Below, piece after piece: positions 1 to 8,713 of a stretch of DNA of 64,000 bases. Where the stretch lies: the IMG/VR virus record IMGVR_UViG_3300042350_005045; one strand, 5' to 3'. The translations under genes were made by a program, and so were the position numbers. The stretch is from an uncultured virus (IMG/VR IMGVR_UViG_3300042350_005045). Taxonomy: Duplodnaviria > Heunggongvirae > Uroviricota > Caudoviricetes. Position 1 is the first letter of the stretch; each line of letters opens with the position of its first letter. The notes below the pieces were generated by a model. The model searched no databases. It was not told where the DNA came from and saw only the letters and a program-made list of their open reading frames with translations.

Positions 1-122
1 ATTGGAAGGTGCAGAGACTACTGGGTGTAACACGATCTTGTTACGTAATACCAGATTTAGCGTCCGGCATCCCACAGGGATGAAGAGATAGTCCACCCCT
101 CTAAGAAACTAGAGACCAGGAG
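1..122 (+). mobile_element. Group I intron, 3' portion, interrupting the major capsid gene
   Basis: GCAGAGACTA (11-20) and AAGAGATAGTCC (83-94) match the R/S elements, with P7 pairing GACTA/TAGTC. P8-like hairpin CATCCC-ACA-GGGATG at 68-82 and P9-like CTCTA/TAGAG at 99-114. G at 122 is followed by the open capsid frame (NDFPKILGAELYRPHP...). The exact 3' splice site is inferred. Confidence 0.85.
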
Positions 123-1274
123 AACGACTTTCCAAAGATTCTGGGTGCGGAACTTTACCGTCCTCACCCTGCTTACATTGCTGAAATGGCAGTGGAGCCT
201 GTGGTGGTCCACGACTTCACTCGTCAGCCCGGTCAAACCGTTCAGTTAGACCGCTATAAGTTCTGGGGTACCCCTGGTACGAAGGACAGCCGTGAGCGTA
301 TTGCCGACCAAACCATCGGTACCGCTAACAGCCGTAACATCACCAAGGAAAAAGTTCTGGTGGTGCTTAAGGAATACACTGGTCCTGCCGACCCGGGTGA
401 TCCGACCCAGCCCAGCACCTTCAAGATTGCTCGTGAAACTCTGATTACCGCCCAGCGTCTTCTGCTGGATACCGGTAACCTCAACATGTTCCACCAGTCG
501 ATCGGTAGCCTGACGCTGCTCGACGACTATCGCCGTTGGCGTGACCGCGTCTTCATTGACGAACTTGCCAAAGCAGAAGCTAATGGTGTCGCTGGTACTA
601 CCCAAGGTGGTTACTACTTTGCTGGCGCTAAAGTCAAAGATTCTCAGGGTCGTGTGTCCTACACCTCCACTGAGTATGGTAATGAGGTGCAGCAGTTCCA
701 GGTGCGTACCGACCTTCTGACCGTTGTTAAGGACCTGCGTAAGCGCAATACTCCTACCTTCGCTGATGGTCTGTATCGCTGCATTTGCGATCCCACCTTC
801 ATGATGCACCTGCGTCGTGACCCAGACTTCCGTGAGATCGCTCGTTATAGCGGCAATCCTGGCCAAGGCATGTACATGGGTAACCCCATGATGCCTAACA
901 ACGCCAGCTTCTACATGGGTCCCCAAGCTGGTCAGGGCTACTTCCTGGCTGGTGAACCCGTGATGCCGACTGGTGTGCAGTTTGAAGGCGTCAAGTTCTT
1001 CGAGTCGACCAACTTCCCGACCAAGAACGTGTCTGCTTCCTTTGATGGCGGCTCCACCTATGCTTCCAAGGAAGTGGCCCAAGGTTACTTCTTCGGTCCT
1101 CAGTCTGTTGGTGTTGGTATCGGCGGTCCTAACGCTCAGGTGCTCATCAACAACAACGACGACTTCAGCCGCTTTATCATCCTGATCTGGCAGCTGTACG
1201 CTGGCTTCGAGATCCTGAACAAGGACTTTGTGACCACTGCTTACAGCTTCGTCCAGGACGACGGCACTGTTTGA
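123..1274 (+). CDS. Major capsid protein (3' exon)
   Basis: Frame is open from ~120 upstream of the ATG at 186; ~385 aa; strongly biased codon usage; first gene of the structural block; resembles N4-gp56-like HK97-fold capsid proteins. Confidence 0.8.
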   Translation, partial: NDFPKILGAELYRPHPAYIAEMAVEPVVVHDFTRQPGQTVQLDRYKFWGTPGTKDSRERIADQTIGTANSRNITKEKVLVVLKEYTGPADPGDPTQPSTFKIARETLITAQRLLLDTGNLNMFHQSIGSLTLLDDYRRWRDRVFIDELAKAEANGVAGTTQGGYYFAGAKVKDSQGRVSYTSTEYGNEVQQFQVRTDLLTVVKDLRKRNTPTFADGLYRCICDPTFMMHLRRDPDFREIARYSGNPGQGMYMGNPMMPNNASFYMGPQAGQGYFLAGEPVMPTGVQFEGVKFFESTNFPTKNVSASFDGGSTYASKEVAQGYFFGPQSVGVGIGGPNAQVLINNNDDFSRFIILIWQLYAGFEILNKDFVTTAYSFVQDDGTV

Positions 1275-1310
1275 TAATTACCCATAAACACTCAACATAG
1301 GAAAAGATAA

Positions 1311-2114
1311 ATGACCTATTTGTCCGCTAAGAAAATCTACCCAGGTAACTGGGCAGAACCCCTGAACGGTTGGTACAAGAACATTGATACCAACGATGAC
1401 GGTACCAATAACGCTTCCAAGGGTGGCCCCACTTCGGTGCTTGCCATCCCTGGTTACCGTTACTTCCAGCAGCGTGGTTACGTCCCCGTGACTGCCACCT
1501 CTGGCGCTGGTGCTGTCGACGCCGCTGATGTGATCGTTCCCTCGCCTTACCGCCAGGACGACACTCGCCCCGACATCACTGGCATGGTGATCTCTGGCAG
1601 CAGCACCCTGCCTGCTTACGTGTATCGCGCTACCATCTCCGTTGCTTCTGGCTGGGGTGATGGGCGCGTTGCTTCTGGTGTGTATGCCGCAACCGGTAAC
1701 GTCATCTCTTTCGGTCGTAGCAACAGTGGTAACCCCACCGCTGCTTCCGGTATTGGTGAAGCCGTCATCCAGGCAAACCTGAGTTCTACCGTCTCTGGTA
1801 CCCAGGCTGGCGAAATCTTCTTCGCTGCTGGTTCCGCTGCTTATAGCGCTAACCCCTTCCTGATCGCCTCTGGTGCCGCTGGTGTGACCGCCGGTAACGT
1901 GTACTACGCAGCTACCGCTTCCACCACTCTGAAGGTGTTTGCAAAGGAAACTGCAAATAGCACTGCTACCTCTGGTGGTTTCTATATCTCCAGTGGTGAT
2001 TCCACCGGTGGCCGCACTGGTTACCTCGTCGTCGAAGCCTGCTACATCCAACCTGATGAAGCTCCTGGCTACGAAGACATTGACGGCTACCTCCTGGGCC
2101 GCACTGTTAGCTGA
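1311..2114 (+). CDS. Virion structural protein (possible capsid decoration/minor capsid)
   Basis: 267 aa, G/A/S/T-rich, same highly expressed codon bias as the capsid gene, directly downstream of it. Confidence 0.6.
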   Translation: MTYLSAKKIYPGNWAEPLNGWYKNIDTNDDGTNNASKGGPTSVLAIPGYRYFQQRGYVPVTATSGAGAVDAADVIVPSPYRQDDTRPDITGMVISGSSTLPAYVYRATISVASGWGDGRVASGVYAATGNVISFGRSNSGNPTAASGIGEAVIQANLSSTVSGTQAGEIFFAAGSAAYSANPFLIASGAAGVTAGNVYYAATASTTLKVFAKETANSTATSGGFYISSGDSTGGRTGYLVVEACYIQPDEAPGYEDIDGYLLGRTVS

Positions 2115-2149
2115 TTGAGTTAAACTAAGACCAGTTAATCACTGGTCTT

Positions 2150-2578
2150 ATGTCAACCACGGCAGCAATGCTTTATCAGCATAAAAAAACAGGCGCTCGT
2201 GTCAAAGTTATTAGCGAATGGGATCAAGGCGATTGGTTCATGGTCGAAGATCAGGATGGTCGCCTTTTTACCGTTTACAGGACTGAGATTGAGCCCGACG
2301 AAGAAGCCACTAAAAAGGTAAAGACTCTTCAAGTAAAAGATAAGGCAGCGCAAGAAGAACCACGTACCTTTCCTCCTGATACACGTTTAAATATCAATGG
2401 CGCTACCGCTCAAATGATCGCTGATCATATCAAGGGTATCGGATTGAAAACGGCCCGAGAGATTAAAGATCTTCAGATGTCCTTATCGGGTGAAAGGTTC
2501 AACAATCTCGAACAGCTAAAACAGATCAAAAGAGTTGATTGGGACGCGGTCTTTGCCGCTGACTTGATCCGTGTATAA
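2150..2578 (+). CDS. Helix-hairpin-helix DNA-binding protein
   Basis: LNINGATAQMIADHIKGIGLKTAREI...FNNLEQLKQIKRV matches a ComEA-type HhH pattern. Confidence 0.75.
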   Translation: MSTTAAMLYQHKKTGARVKVISEWDQGDWFMVEDQDGRLFTVYRTEIEPDEEATKKVKTLQVKDKAAQEEPRTFPPDTRLNINGATAQMIADHIKGIGLKTAREIKDLQMSLSGERFNNLEQLKQIKRVDWDAVFAADLIRV

Positions 2579-2598
2579 CTAACTCCTTCTGTAGGCAT

Positions 2599-2626
2599 AC
2601 CCCTGGGAAACCGGGGGTTTTTATTT
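2599..2626 (+). terminator. Intrinsic terminator
   Basis: ACCCCTGG-GAAA-CCGGGGGT followed by a T-run. Confidence 0.8.
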
Positions 2627-2655
2627 TAGAATGAAGGATAAAAGATCATCGTGAT

Positions 2656-3321
2656 ATGGCTGGTATTACGTTTAAAGGACGTGTTGGCTCCACTGGTAGA
2701 TCAACTGGTCCTCATTTGCATGTTGAAGTACAAGATCTTGCAACAGGCGCCTTCTTAAATCCTGAAACAATTCGCACCCCTCTTAGTGGATTACGGATTG
2801 GTGAGAAGAGAATTCCTGCATTAATTCAAACACCAGAAGGAAAATTTACATTTAACCCCGAAGCTGGTATTACCATTACGTCTAAATACGGCCCCCGTGG
2901 AGGACGGCAACACAAGGGTGAGGACTGGGCTTTACCAGAGGGTACTCCGATCTTTTATGAAGGTGCTGGTAAGTACGTTCCGTTAGCTAATCAAGGAGCT
3001 TATGGAAACCTTTCTACGTTTACTACTGGAGACAACAAATATCAAATTCGCTTAGGGCATATGCAATCCCTGGGAGAAGCAGCAGACCTTTCTCAAGGTG
3101 CATCCACTGCTAACACCAGCGCATCAAATCCTTCTGATTTCCAAGGGATGCTATCTGGTTATCTACTTGGTTCTTTACTGAGAGGTGAACCAAAAGAAGA
3201 TCCGAAAACGCAAATGATGCGAGGGTTTGTTAAAGAACTGGTACAGCCACAGCAAAATGATATGGCTGGTGCTTTGTTTCAGCAGTTACTGTCATCTTCT
3301 ACAGGTGGACTGCTTGGTTAA
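2656..3321 (+). CDS. M23-family peptidase, circularly permuted
   Basis: GRVGSTGRSTGPHLHVEV at the N-terminus; ITSKYGPR...HKGED and GN...RLGH later. Confidence 0.75.
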   Translation: MAGITFKGRVGSTGRSTGPHLHVEVQDLATGAFLNPETIRTPLSGLRIGEKRIPALIQTPEGKFTFNPEAGITITSKYGPRGGRQHKGEDWALPEGTPIFYEGAGKYVPLANQGAYGNLSTFTTGDNKYQIRLGHMQSLGEAADLSQGASTANTSASNPSDFQGMLSGYLLGSLLRGEPKEDPKTQMMRGFVKELVQPQQNDMAGALFQQLLSSSTGGLLG

Positions 3322-3360
3322 TTCAGTTCATCTATAATTGAGAACATACGGAAGTAAGCT

Positions 3361-3822
3361 GTGCAGCTCAGCGATTTTGACAAGAGTAGAGTCCGGTATC
3401 ACCTGGGCTACTTCACGGTTTCCGTGCCGGCGGGTGACTTTGCCCGACTTGAAGAAGCCATGAATACCGTTCCGGATTCATACTTCTATGACAAAATTGT
3501 TATTCAGATTGGTCGTTGTGATACAGCCGAGAAGAAAACAGAAGTTGCAACATCGCCTTCCACTCGGTTAGAGAACATCGTTGGTGATGTGGACCGTACG
3601 ATTCGGTCCAGTAATGCCAAAGAAGCTCTCAAGGTTTGGGATGAGATTTATCTCTACGAGACCAACCGTTTAGCCAACATCCTTTACGTGCCTAACTACA
3701 AGGATCCGTTCCAAGCTCGTTACCGTTACGAGCGTTCAGGCGCTGAGTTTATTCAGGCGCTACCAGGCCCGGCTGATACGGCTGTGGGTTCTCGCATCTA
3801 TTTACATGAGGTTTGGAGGTAA
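3361..3822 (+). CDS. Hypothetical virion protein (possible head-tail adaptor)
   Basis: 153 aa ORF with GTG start, TATAAT at 3334-3339 upstream, in the structural block. Confidence 0.5.
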   Translation: MQLSDFDKSRVRYHLGYFTVSVPAGDFARLEEAMNTVPDSYFYDKIVIQIGRCDTAEKKTEVATSPSTRLENIVGDVDRTIRSSNAKEALKVWDEIYLYETNRLANILYVPNYKDPFQARYRYERSGAEFIQALPGPADTAVGSRIYLHEVWR

Positions 3823-3824
3823 TT

Positions 3825-4652
3825 ATGGCTGATCTTTACAATTACGCCAGTCAATTTACACTTGGGCAGCTTTTTCGTGGCGGTCAAAATGTTCTTCAGG
3901 GCGCTGCAAATCTGTTAAATCAAGCGGGCATTGGCACCCGAGGAACTCCTTTAACAGGTAGACAAAAAATAAACAAAGCCTGGGGGATGCTTGGTACTGC
4001 TTCTGAGCCTGCAGGCGGTGATTTTGGTTACAGAACGGGTAACGGTAAGCCTTATAGCCAACCTTCTTATGCAGATGCCCAAGGAAATATTTATGACGCG
4101 GTAAGCGGGCGTCTCCTTTATCCTGCTAAAACACGGCCCGGTGCTGACACTGGCTCTAGTGCAGCAGGAGCGTCTTCTTTTTCAGGCGGATCTCCTGCAG
4201 CGGAACGTGCATATCAATCCGAGGCATCTCGTATTGCTCAGTTAACTGCTCAAGATCCCGAGCTTCAACGCTATGAGGCTGCTCGTCTAAAAGCCGTAGC
4301 ACCTGGCGCAACAGCAGAACAAGTGCAATCTGCAGAAGATATTGGCATGCAGATCTGGCGTCAGAAGTATGGCACCACTCCCATGGGGCAAACGGGTGGC
4401 GCAGTTGGATCTTTTAACCCCTTGATGCAGGAAACTTTTGGCTATCAGTCCGGCATGGCACCGGATCAACTTACTGAGATGCAAAAGACGGCTGCTCCAA
4501 TCCCCGTGGCTCCAGGGACAATCCCTTACCAAATGGGTGATCTTGGCACTCGCGCTACTTTAGAAACGGGTTATGATCCTGCTGCTTATGGATTAACACC
4601 CGACAAAATTGAGGAAATGAAGAAAAAACTTCTTCAACAAGCAAGTAAATAA
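3825..4652 (+). CDS. Hypothetical G/A/Q-rich virion (possible internal/ejection) protein
   Basis: GGAGGT Shine-Dalgarno before the ATG at 3825; low-complexity composition. Confidence 0.5.
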   Translation: MADLYNYASQFTLGQLFRGGQNVLQGAANLLNQAGIGTRGTPLTGRQKINKAWGMLGTASEPAGGDFGYRTGNGKPYSQPSYADAQGNIYDAVSGRLLYPAKTRPGADTGSSAAGASSFSGGSPAAERAYQSEASRIAQLTAQDPELQRYEAARLKAVAPGATAEQVQSAEDIGMQIWRQKYGTTPMGQTGGAVGSFNPLMQETFGYQSGMAPDQLTEMQKTAAPIPVAPGTIPYQMGDLGTRATLETGYDPAAYGLTPDKIEEMKKKLLQQASK

Positions 4653-4738
4653 TTTAATTGGCATTGCTTAGCATGTAAGCCCAACCAACTGGACACGAAT
4701 CTTTGATTCACGGGGGCCAGTGTTGTTGCTTTAGACCA

Positions 4739-4855
4739 ATGATTCTTTGCCCTAATTTTGTTAAACGCCTTGCGACCAAGCTCAGCCTCGTTGTTGCATT
4801 ACAAGCTGTATTTATTCCTGGTCTCAAAGCGAGTTCAAATTGGGTAGGAGAATGA
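4739..4855 (+). CDS. Small hydrophobic peptide (38 aa)
   Basis: MILCPNFVKRLATKLSLVVALQAVFIPGLKASSNWVGE; signal/TM-like; ends 10 nt before the lysozyme gene. Confidence 0.4.
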   Translation: MILCPNFVKRLATKLSLVVALQAVFIPGLKASSNWVGE

Positions 4856-4865
4856 GGCAATAAAA

Positions 4866-5573
4866 ATGACAGAACGCGAATTACTTCAAAGCTTCGTATC
4901 AAAACCAGCTATTCAGAATGCATTGCGTGTTATACGTTTTGCAGAAGGTACTGAACGTGGTGGACCAGATTCTTATCGCGTGATGTTTGGTGGCGGTCTT
5001 GCTCCCGACTTAAAACGCCATCCAGATAAAGTCATTAAAGGGGGTAAGTATTCAAGCGCTGCAGCAGGCGCTTATCAGTTCATGCCGTCCACTTGGGAAG
5101 CCCAAGCAAAAGCTTTAGGACTGTCTGATTTTGGTCAACAAAGCCAAGATCTTGCGGCAGTAAATCTCATGCGTAATCGCTTGATGCCGATTGGTGGTTT
5201 ATCCGTTTTAGAAAAAGAAGGCTTTAGTCCGCGCGTTTCCGCTGCCCTGGCACGAGAATGGGCTTCTTTGCCAACTGAAAAAGGTGTAAGTTACTACGGA
5301 CAGCCGGTTAAGAAACTTTCTGATCTTCAAAAGGTTTATAATCAGCCTTCTAATGACCAAGCGCAAACAACAACTACGGGACAAGAAACATCTTCTACCG
5401 GTTTCCTCCAAGGTTTTTTATCGGCAATGTCCGGCAGTAATACCAAAGAAGTGTCCATGAAAGATCTCTTGGAAGAGGAAGTGAAAGGCGCATTTATGAA
5501 GCAACTACTTACCCCTCAGACCATGTCGAGTCCCCTTGATTTCTTGTCAAGCTACCTTAATCCGTACGCTTGA
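4866..5573 (+). CDS. Lambda-R-like lysozyme/transglycosylase with C-terminal extension
   Basis: IRFAEGT...YRVMFGG...SSAAGAYQFMPSTW...QDLAA...EWASLP motifs. Confidence 0.85.
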   Translation: MTERELLQSFVSKPAIQNALRVIRFAEGTERGGPDSYRVMFGGGLAPDLKRHPDKVIKGGKYSSAAAGAYQFMPSTWEAQAKALGLSDFGQQSQDLAAVNLMRNRLMPIGGLSVLEKEGFSPRVSAALAREWASLPTEKGVSYYGQPVKKLSDLQKVYNQPSNDQAQTTTTGQETSSTGFLQGFLSAMSGSNTKEVSMKDLLEEEVKGAFMKQLLTPQTMSSPLDFLSSYLNPYA

Positions 5574-5616
5574 TTGGAAACAAGCTTTATAATGTAAACA
5601 AGTAGGAAGTAGAACA

Positions 5617-6399
5617 TTGTCGTCATCCGCAACAAACAAACAGCCCCTGTTAATTGATCGTCCGTTATTCGATTCGGTTCGAGTAACCACGCAGACGGTT
5701 GGCAGCTCCACTGCTAATACCCTCTTTGTTCAAGGTGGACAGGCACCATCGATCCTGGTTGACATGGATGCTGCCCTCCAGGAAGACAACAACAATGGTG
5801 GCGTTGTTGATTCGATCACCATCAGTCGCAACGACTTCTATCGTGCACCTGACTACACCATCAATGCCTCTACTTCAGGCACTGTTATTTCCTTGGTCAG
5901 TGGACAGATTGTTCATGTAACAACCACAAGTGTTATCACCGCAACCACACCGGCCAGTGGCGTTGGTTACTACACCTACACCGGTGCAACGACCTTGACG
6001 GGCGTCAATACCGCTCTACACTACTCAGGTGGTACATCGAGTGGTTTCACGTACAACGGCGTTGCTTACGGCTACCAGCCTGCTGTCACCTTTGTGTTCT
6101 ACCAGACCCGTGGAACGACAGTACCCATTCCTGCGTCAGGTGATTACCGTGTACTGTTCGCCAAAACAGTCCCTGCCAACAGCGGTACTGTCGATTGTTC
6201 GGATCTGATGCCGCAACTGGCAGCTCCTGTGGCACAGGCAGGCAATACCACTGGCCTAGGCTCCACAGCTCCTCTGCGCAACAAGGGCATTTACCTGGAA
6301 CGTGGCGACCGTATTTACGTGGGAGTCTTCCCTGATGGTCCTAATTCTTCTGGTTACATTCCAGGGGCGCACATTTTTGCACAAGGTGGTCTCTTCTAG
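5617..6399 (+). CDS. Virion structural protein
   Basis: 260 aa, T/G/S-rich beta-type composition, TTG start, TATAAT upstream. Confidence 0.55.
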   Translation: MSSSATNKQPLLIDRPLFDSVRVTTQTVGSSTANTLFVQGGQAPSILVDMDAALQEDNNNGGVVDSITISRNDFYRAPDYTINASTSGTVISLVSGQIVHVTTTSVITATTPASGVGYYTYTGATTLTGVNTALHYSGGTSSGFTYNGVAYGYQPAVTFVFYQTRGTTVPIPASGDYRVLFAKTVPANSGTVDCSDLMPQLAAPVAQAGNTTGLGSTAPLRNKGIYLERGDRIYVGVFPDGPNSSGYIPGAHIFAQGGLF

Positions 6400-6401
6400 A
6401 T

Positions 6402-7952
6402 ATGGCTAGAAAGAGTGGAAGCTCTTTTGGTAATTTTGATCAGTCAATCGTAAAACCCCCAAATGGTGTAAAACCAATTACGACTGAGTTTTCAAAGGGT
6501 TCTGTCCCAGATTCGTTATATACCATCAACAGGGAATCGGCTTGGTCTCGCTGGAGACGAGGCTATGAGCTTGCAACGGCAACAACGCATAGTAACGATT
6601 ACTCTTATCAGTTTGACTATGAGATACCAAATTCTTCCTCCACGGGAAATGACGCAATTGTAATCTCGGGTGCTTTTACTGGTTACCCAACGATAAGCAA
6701 AGAGTTTGGTATGCATTGGGCTATCTGGCGTTACGCCGGATCAGTTCGTTGTGATCGATTGACAGATCCAGTCAGTAGTCAAAAACTTTTTATTGAGTCT
6801 GTTACGGAAGATGCTAGCTATTGGTATGTAAAGCTAGCGGGTACCTGGAGCTCATCCAACCCCCTTCCGGCACCTTTTTACATTCCAGTGCCAGGGGAAC
6901 CAGATGGCCTGAAGCCGGCTAATACAGAGATTTTTGAAGATCGAATCATTACGGTTGATGGTCCAATTATTGACAAAGACACCATAAACCCACAGACTCA
7001 AACGCGATACGGCTACGTGCAAGCAATTGTTATTGCCATCAATCAAGACACTGGCGTACTCACCTTCAAAAAAGATGGTTCAGTGCAGGTAACACCTGAT
7101 GGTATTTTTACAACACCGTCATCCATTGGCTTTACTCCAGGGCGCTATCTAATCACTGGATCAAGATACTGTTGTACTTGTCAAGATTTTACCCGGCGCG
7201 ATTATTCATTCTTGGCAGCGAGTACAACCAGCAATAAACGACAGTTTCCTCGTTCCAGCGCAGCAAGTATTAAGCCTGGTCGTTTTGAATTAACAAAACG
7301 CGATGGCATTTTAGATAACAGTGCAATGACAAGACCTGGACAAGATCGCACATTAGATGTTGTTTCGCCAGAAGGTTTTGAACTTGATTACGATGTCACG
7401 AATAACAACATTGGCAGCCGTAATGCAACAAGAGACAATCCAGGTGTCTTCAGAGATTTTGGTTCTACTTACGTCAGAAGTACAACCGATATCGCGATTA
7501 CAGGCTCCAGACCTGATGGTTTACCTGGCTACCAGGATTATTCGTCCGTTGTTGTAAACACGGATACGGACTCTATTCCACAAATTACAATAACCGCCGT
7601 TGATGACTCCTGGACGCCGTTATTAGATGAATTGAGATACTGCAAACATATCTACGCACTTAAATTTAAAGATCGAGTATTTCCTCCTGAACCGTCTGAT
7701 TTTCCGGTAGGTGCAGGCAGCATGGCCGACTGGGAACAAACCCTTGTTGCTAAATCGCAAAAAGAAAAAGAAAGCATCACAGAATTTTTGCAAACACAAA
7801 GAGCTTTGTCGTTGATGGATGTACCGCCTTACAACTGTCAATCACCCATGATCTTTCCCATGTTGCAACGTATTTTTAACTTTGCCACAGATAAAATCTT
7901 GATTGAGAATTTTACGATGTTCGACAAAGACGGCAGGCCATACAAGCCATAA
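6402..7952 (+). CDS. Hypothetical protein with split SWIM-like Zn motif
   Basis: YCCTCQDF and YCKHIYAL separated by ~150 aa. Confidence 0.55.
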   Translation: MARKSGSSFGNFDQSIVKPPNGVKPITTEFSKGSVPDSLYTINRESAWSRWRRGYELATATTHSNDYSYQFDYEIPNSSSTGNDAIVISGAFTGYPTISKEFGMHWAIWRYAGSVRCDRLTDPVSSQKLFIESVTEDASYWYVKLAGTWSSSNPLPAPFYIPVPGEPDGLKPANTEIFEDRIITVDGPIIDKDTINPQTQTRYGYVQAIVIAINQDTGVLTFKKDGSVQVTPDGIFTTPSSIGFTPGRYLITGSRYCCTCQDFTRRDYSFLAASTTSNKRQFPRSSAASIKPGRFELTKRDGILDNSAMTRPGQDRTLDVVSPEGFELDYDVTNNNIGSRNATRDNPGVFRDFGSTYVRSTTDIAITGSRPDGLPGYQDYSSVVVNTDTDSIPQITITAVDDSWTPLLDELRYCKHIYALKFKDRVFPPEPSDFPVGAGSMADWEQTLVAKSQKEKESITEFLQTQRALSLMDVPPYNCQSPMIFPMLQRIFNFATDKILIENFTMFDKDGRPYKP

Positions 7953-7982
7953 AAAACGGTCCCATCAGTGACAGGACCGTTT
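7951..7982. terminator. Hairpin terminator between convergent genes
   Basis: AAAAAACGGTCC-CATCAGTGACA-GGACCGTTT. Confidence 0.65.
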
Positions 7983-8002
7983 CTGTATCCCCAGGCCGTC
8001 CC

Positions 8003-8221
8003 CTAGGCGGCCATTGGCATCATACCAGCTTTTGTGAGTTGCTTGCGTACTGCTGTTACGTTCCAGCGGTAGCTATCCCTGGAGCGAGTCTCAGCAAAAG
8101 CTGCGTAGTGCGGGCCAAGCTTCAGGGTGCCGTCATCGCGATACTTGAAGAGTGTCTTACGGTCAATGCCAAGAAGCTCTTCGAGCTTTTGGGCAGAAAC
8201 CCAACCAGGATGCGAGGCCAT
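8003..8221 (-). CDS. MerR/excisionase-like HTH protein
   Basis: WVSAQKLEELLGIDRKTLFKYRDDGTLKLGPHY. Confidence 0.7.
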   Translation of the reverse strand: MASHPGWVSAQKLEELLGIDRKTLFKYRDDGTLKLGPHYAAFAETRSRDSYRWNVTAVRKQLTKAGMMPMAA

Positions 8222-8356
8222 GCAGGCGGTAGTAGCAACCTTCTTACCATACACAAGATTGGCGCGGAGTCAAGGGTCTTTATTTAAAATTTATCTTTAC
8301 TCGCAAAGCTGTAACAGTGTGGACAACTTAAAATGAATTAACGGCAATTGAAGAGC

Positions 8357-8713
8357 ATGTTTTGCAGCCAGCACGAGCCTCTCGCCCTGCTAGTTGAAAT
8401 AACTCCAAAACTTGCCAAGAAACGTTTCAGAGAAAGTATATACCAAGCTTGGGATTACAAATGTGGTTATTGCGGCAATACTGCCACTAGCCTTGACCAC
8501 GTAATCCCACGGTTTAAATCAGGGTGTTCTAATCGACATAACTTGATCCCAGCTTGCTGCCGTTGCAACGCAAACAAAGCGTCGTCTCCCATGGAAACCT
8601 GGTACAAACAACAAGACTTTTTTGAACAGGTTAGGTTAGATGCAATAAAAGCTTGGATGCAACCAGGGCATGTAAACTTAATTGACATGCAAGAATATAA
8701 AGCAGCATCATGA
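8357..8713 (+). CDS. HNH endonuclease
   Basis: CGYCG...SLDHVIP...NLIPACCRCNANK. Confidence 0.9.
   Translation: MFCSQHEPLALLVEITPKLAKKRFRESIYQAWDYKCGYCGNTATSLDHVIPRFKSGCSNRHNLIPACCRCNANKASSPMETWYKQQDFFEQVRLDAIKAWMQPGHVNLIDMQEYKAAS

Noticed and set aside
246..2051. Long antisense ORFs opposite the capsid genes (and similar shadows elsewhere)
   Set aside because: Expected by-product of strong codon bias on the coding strand; no motifs.
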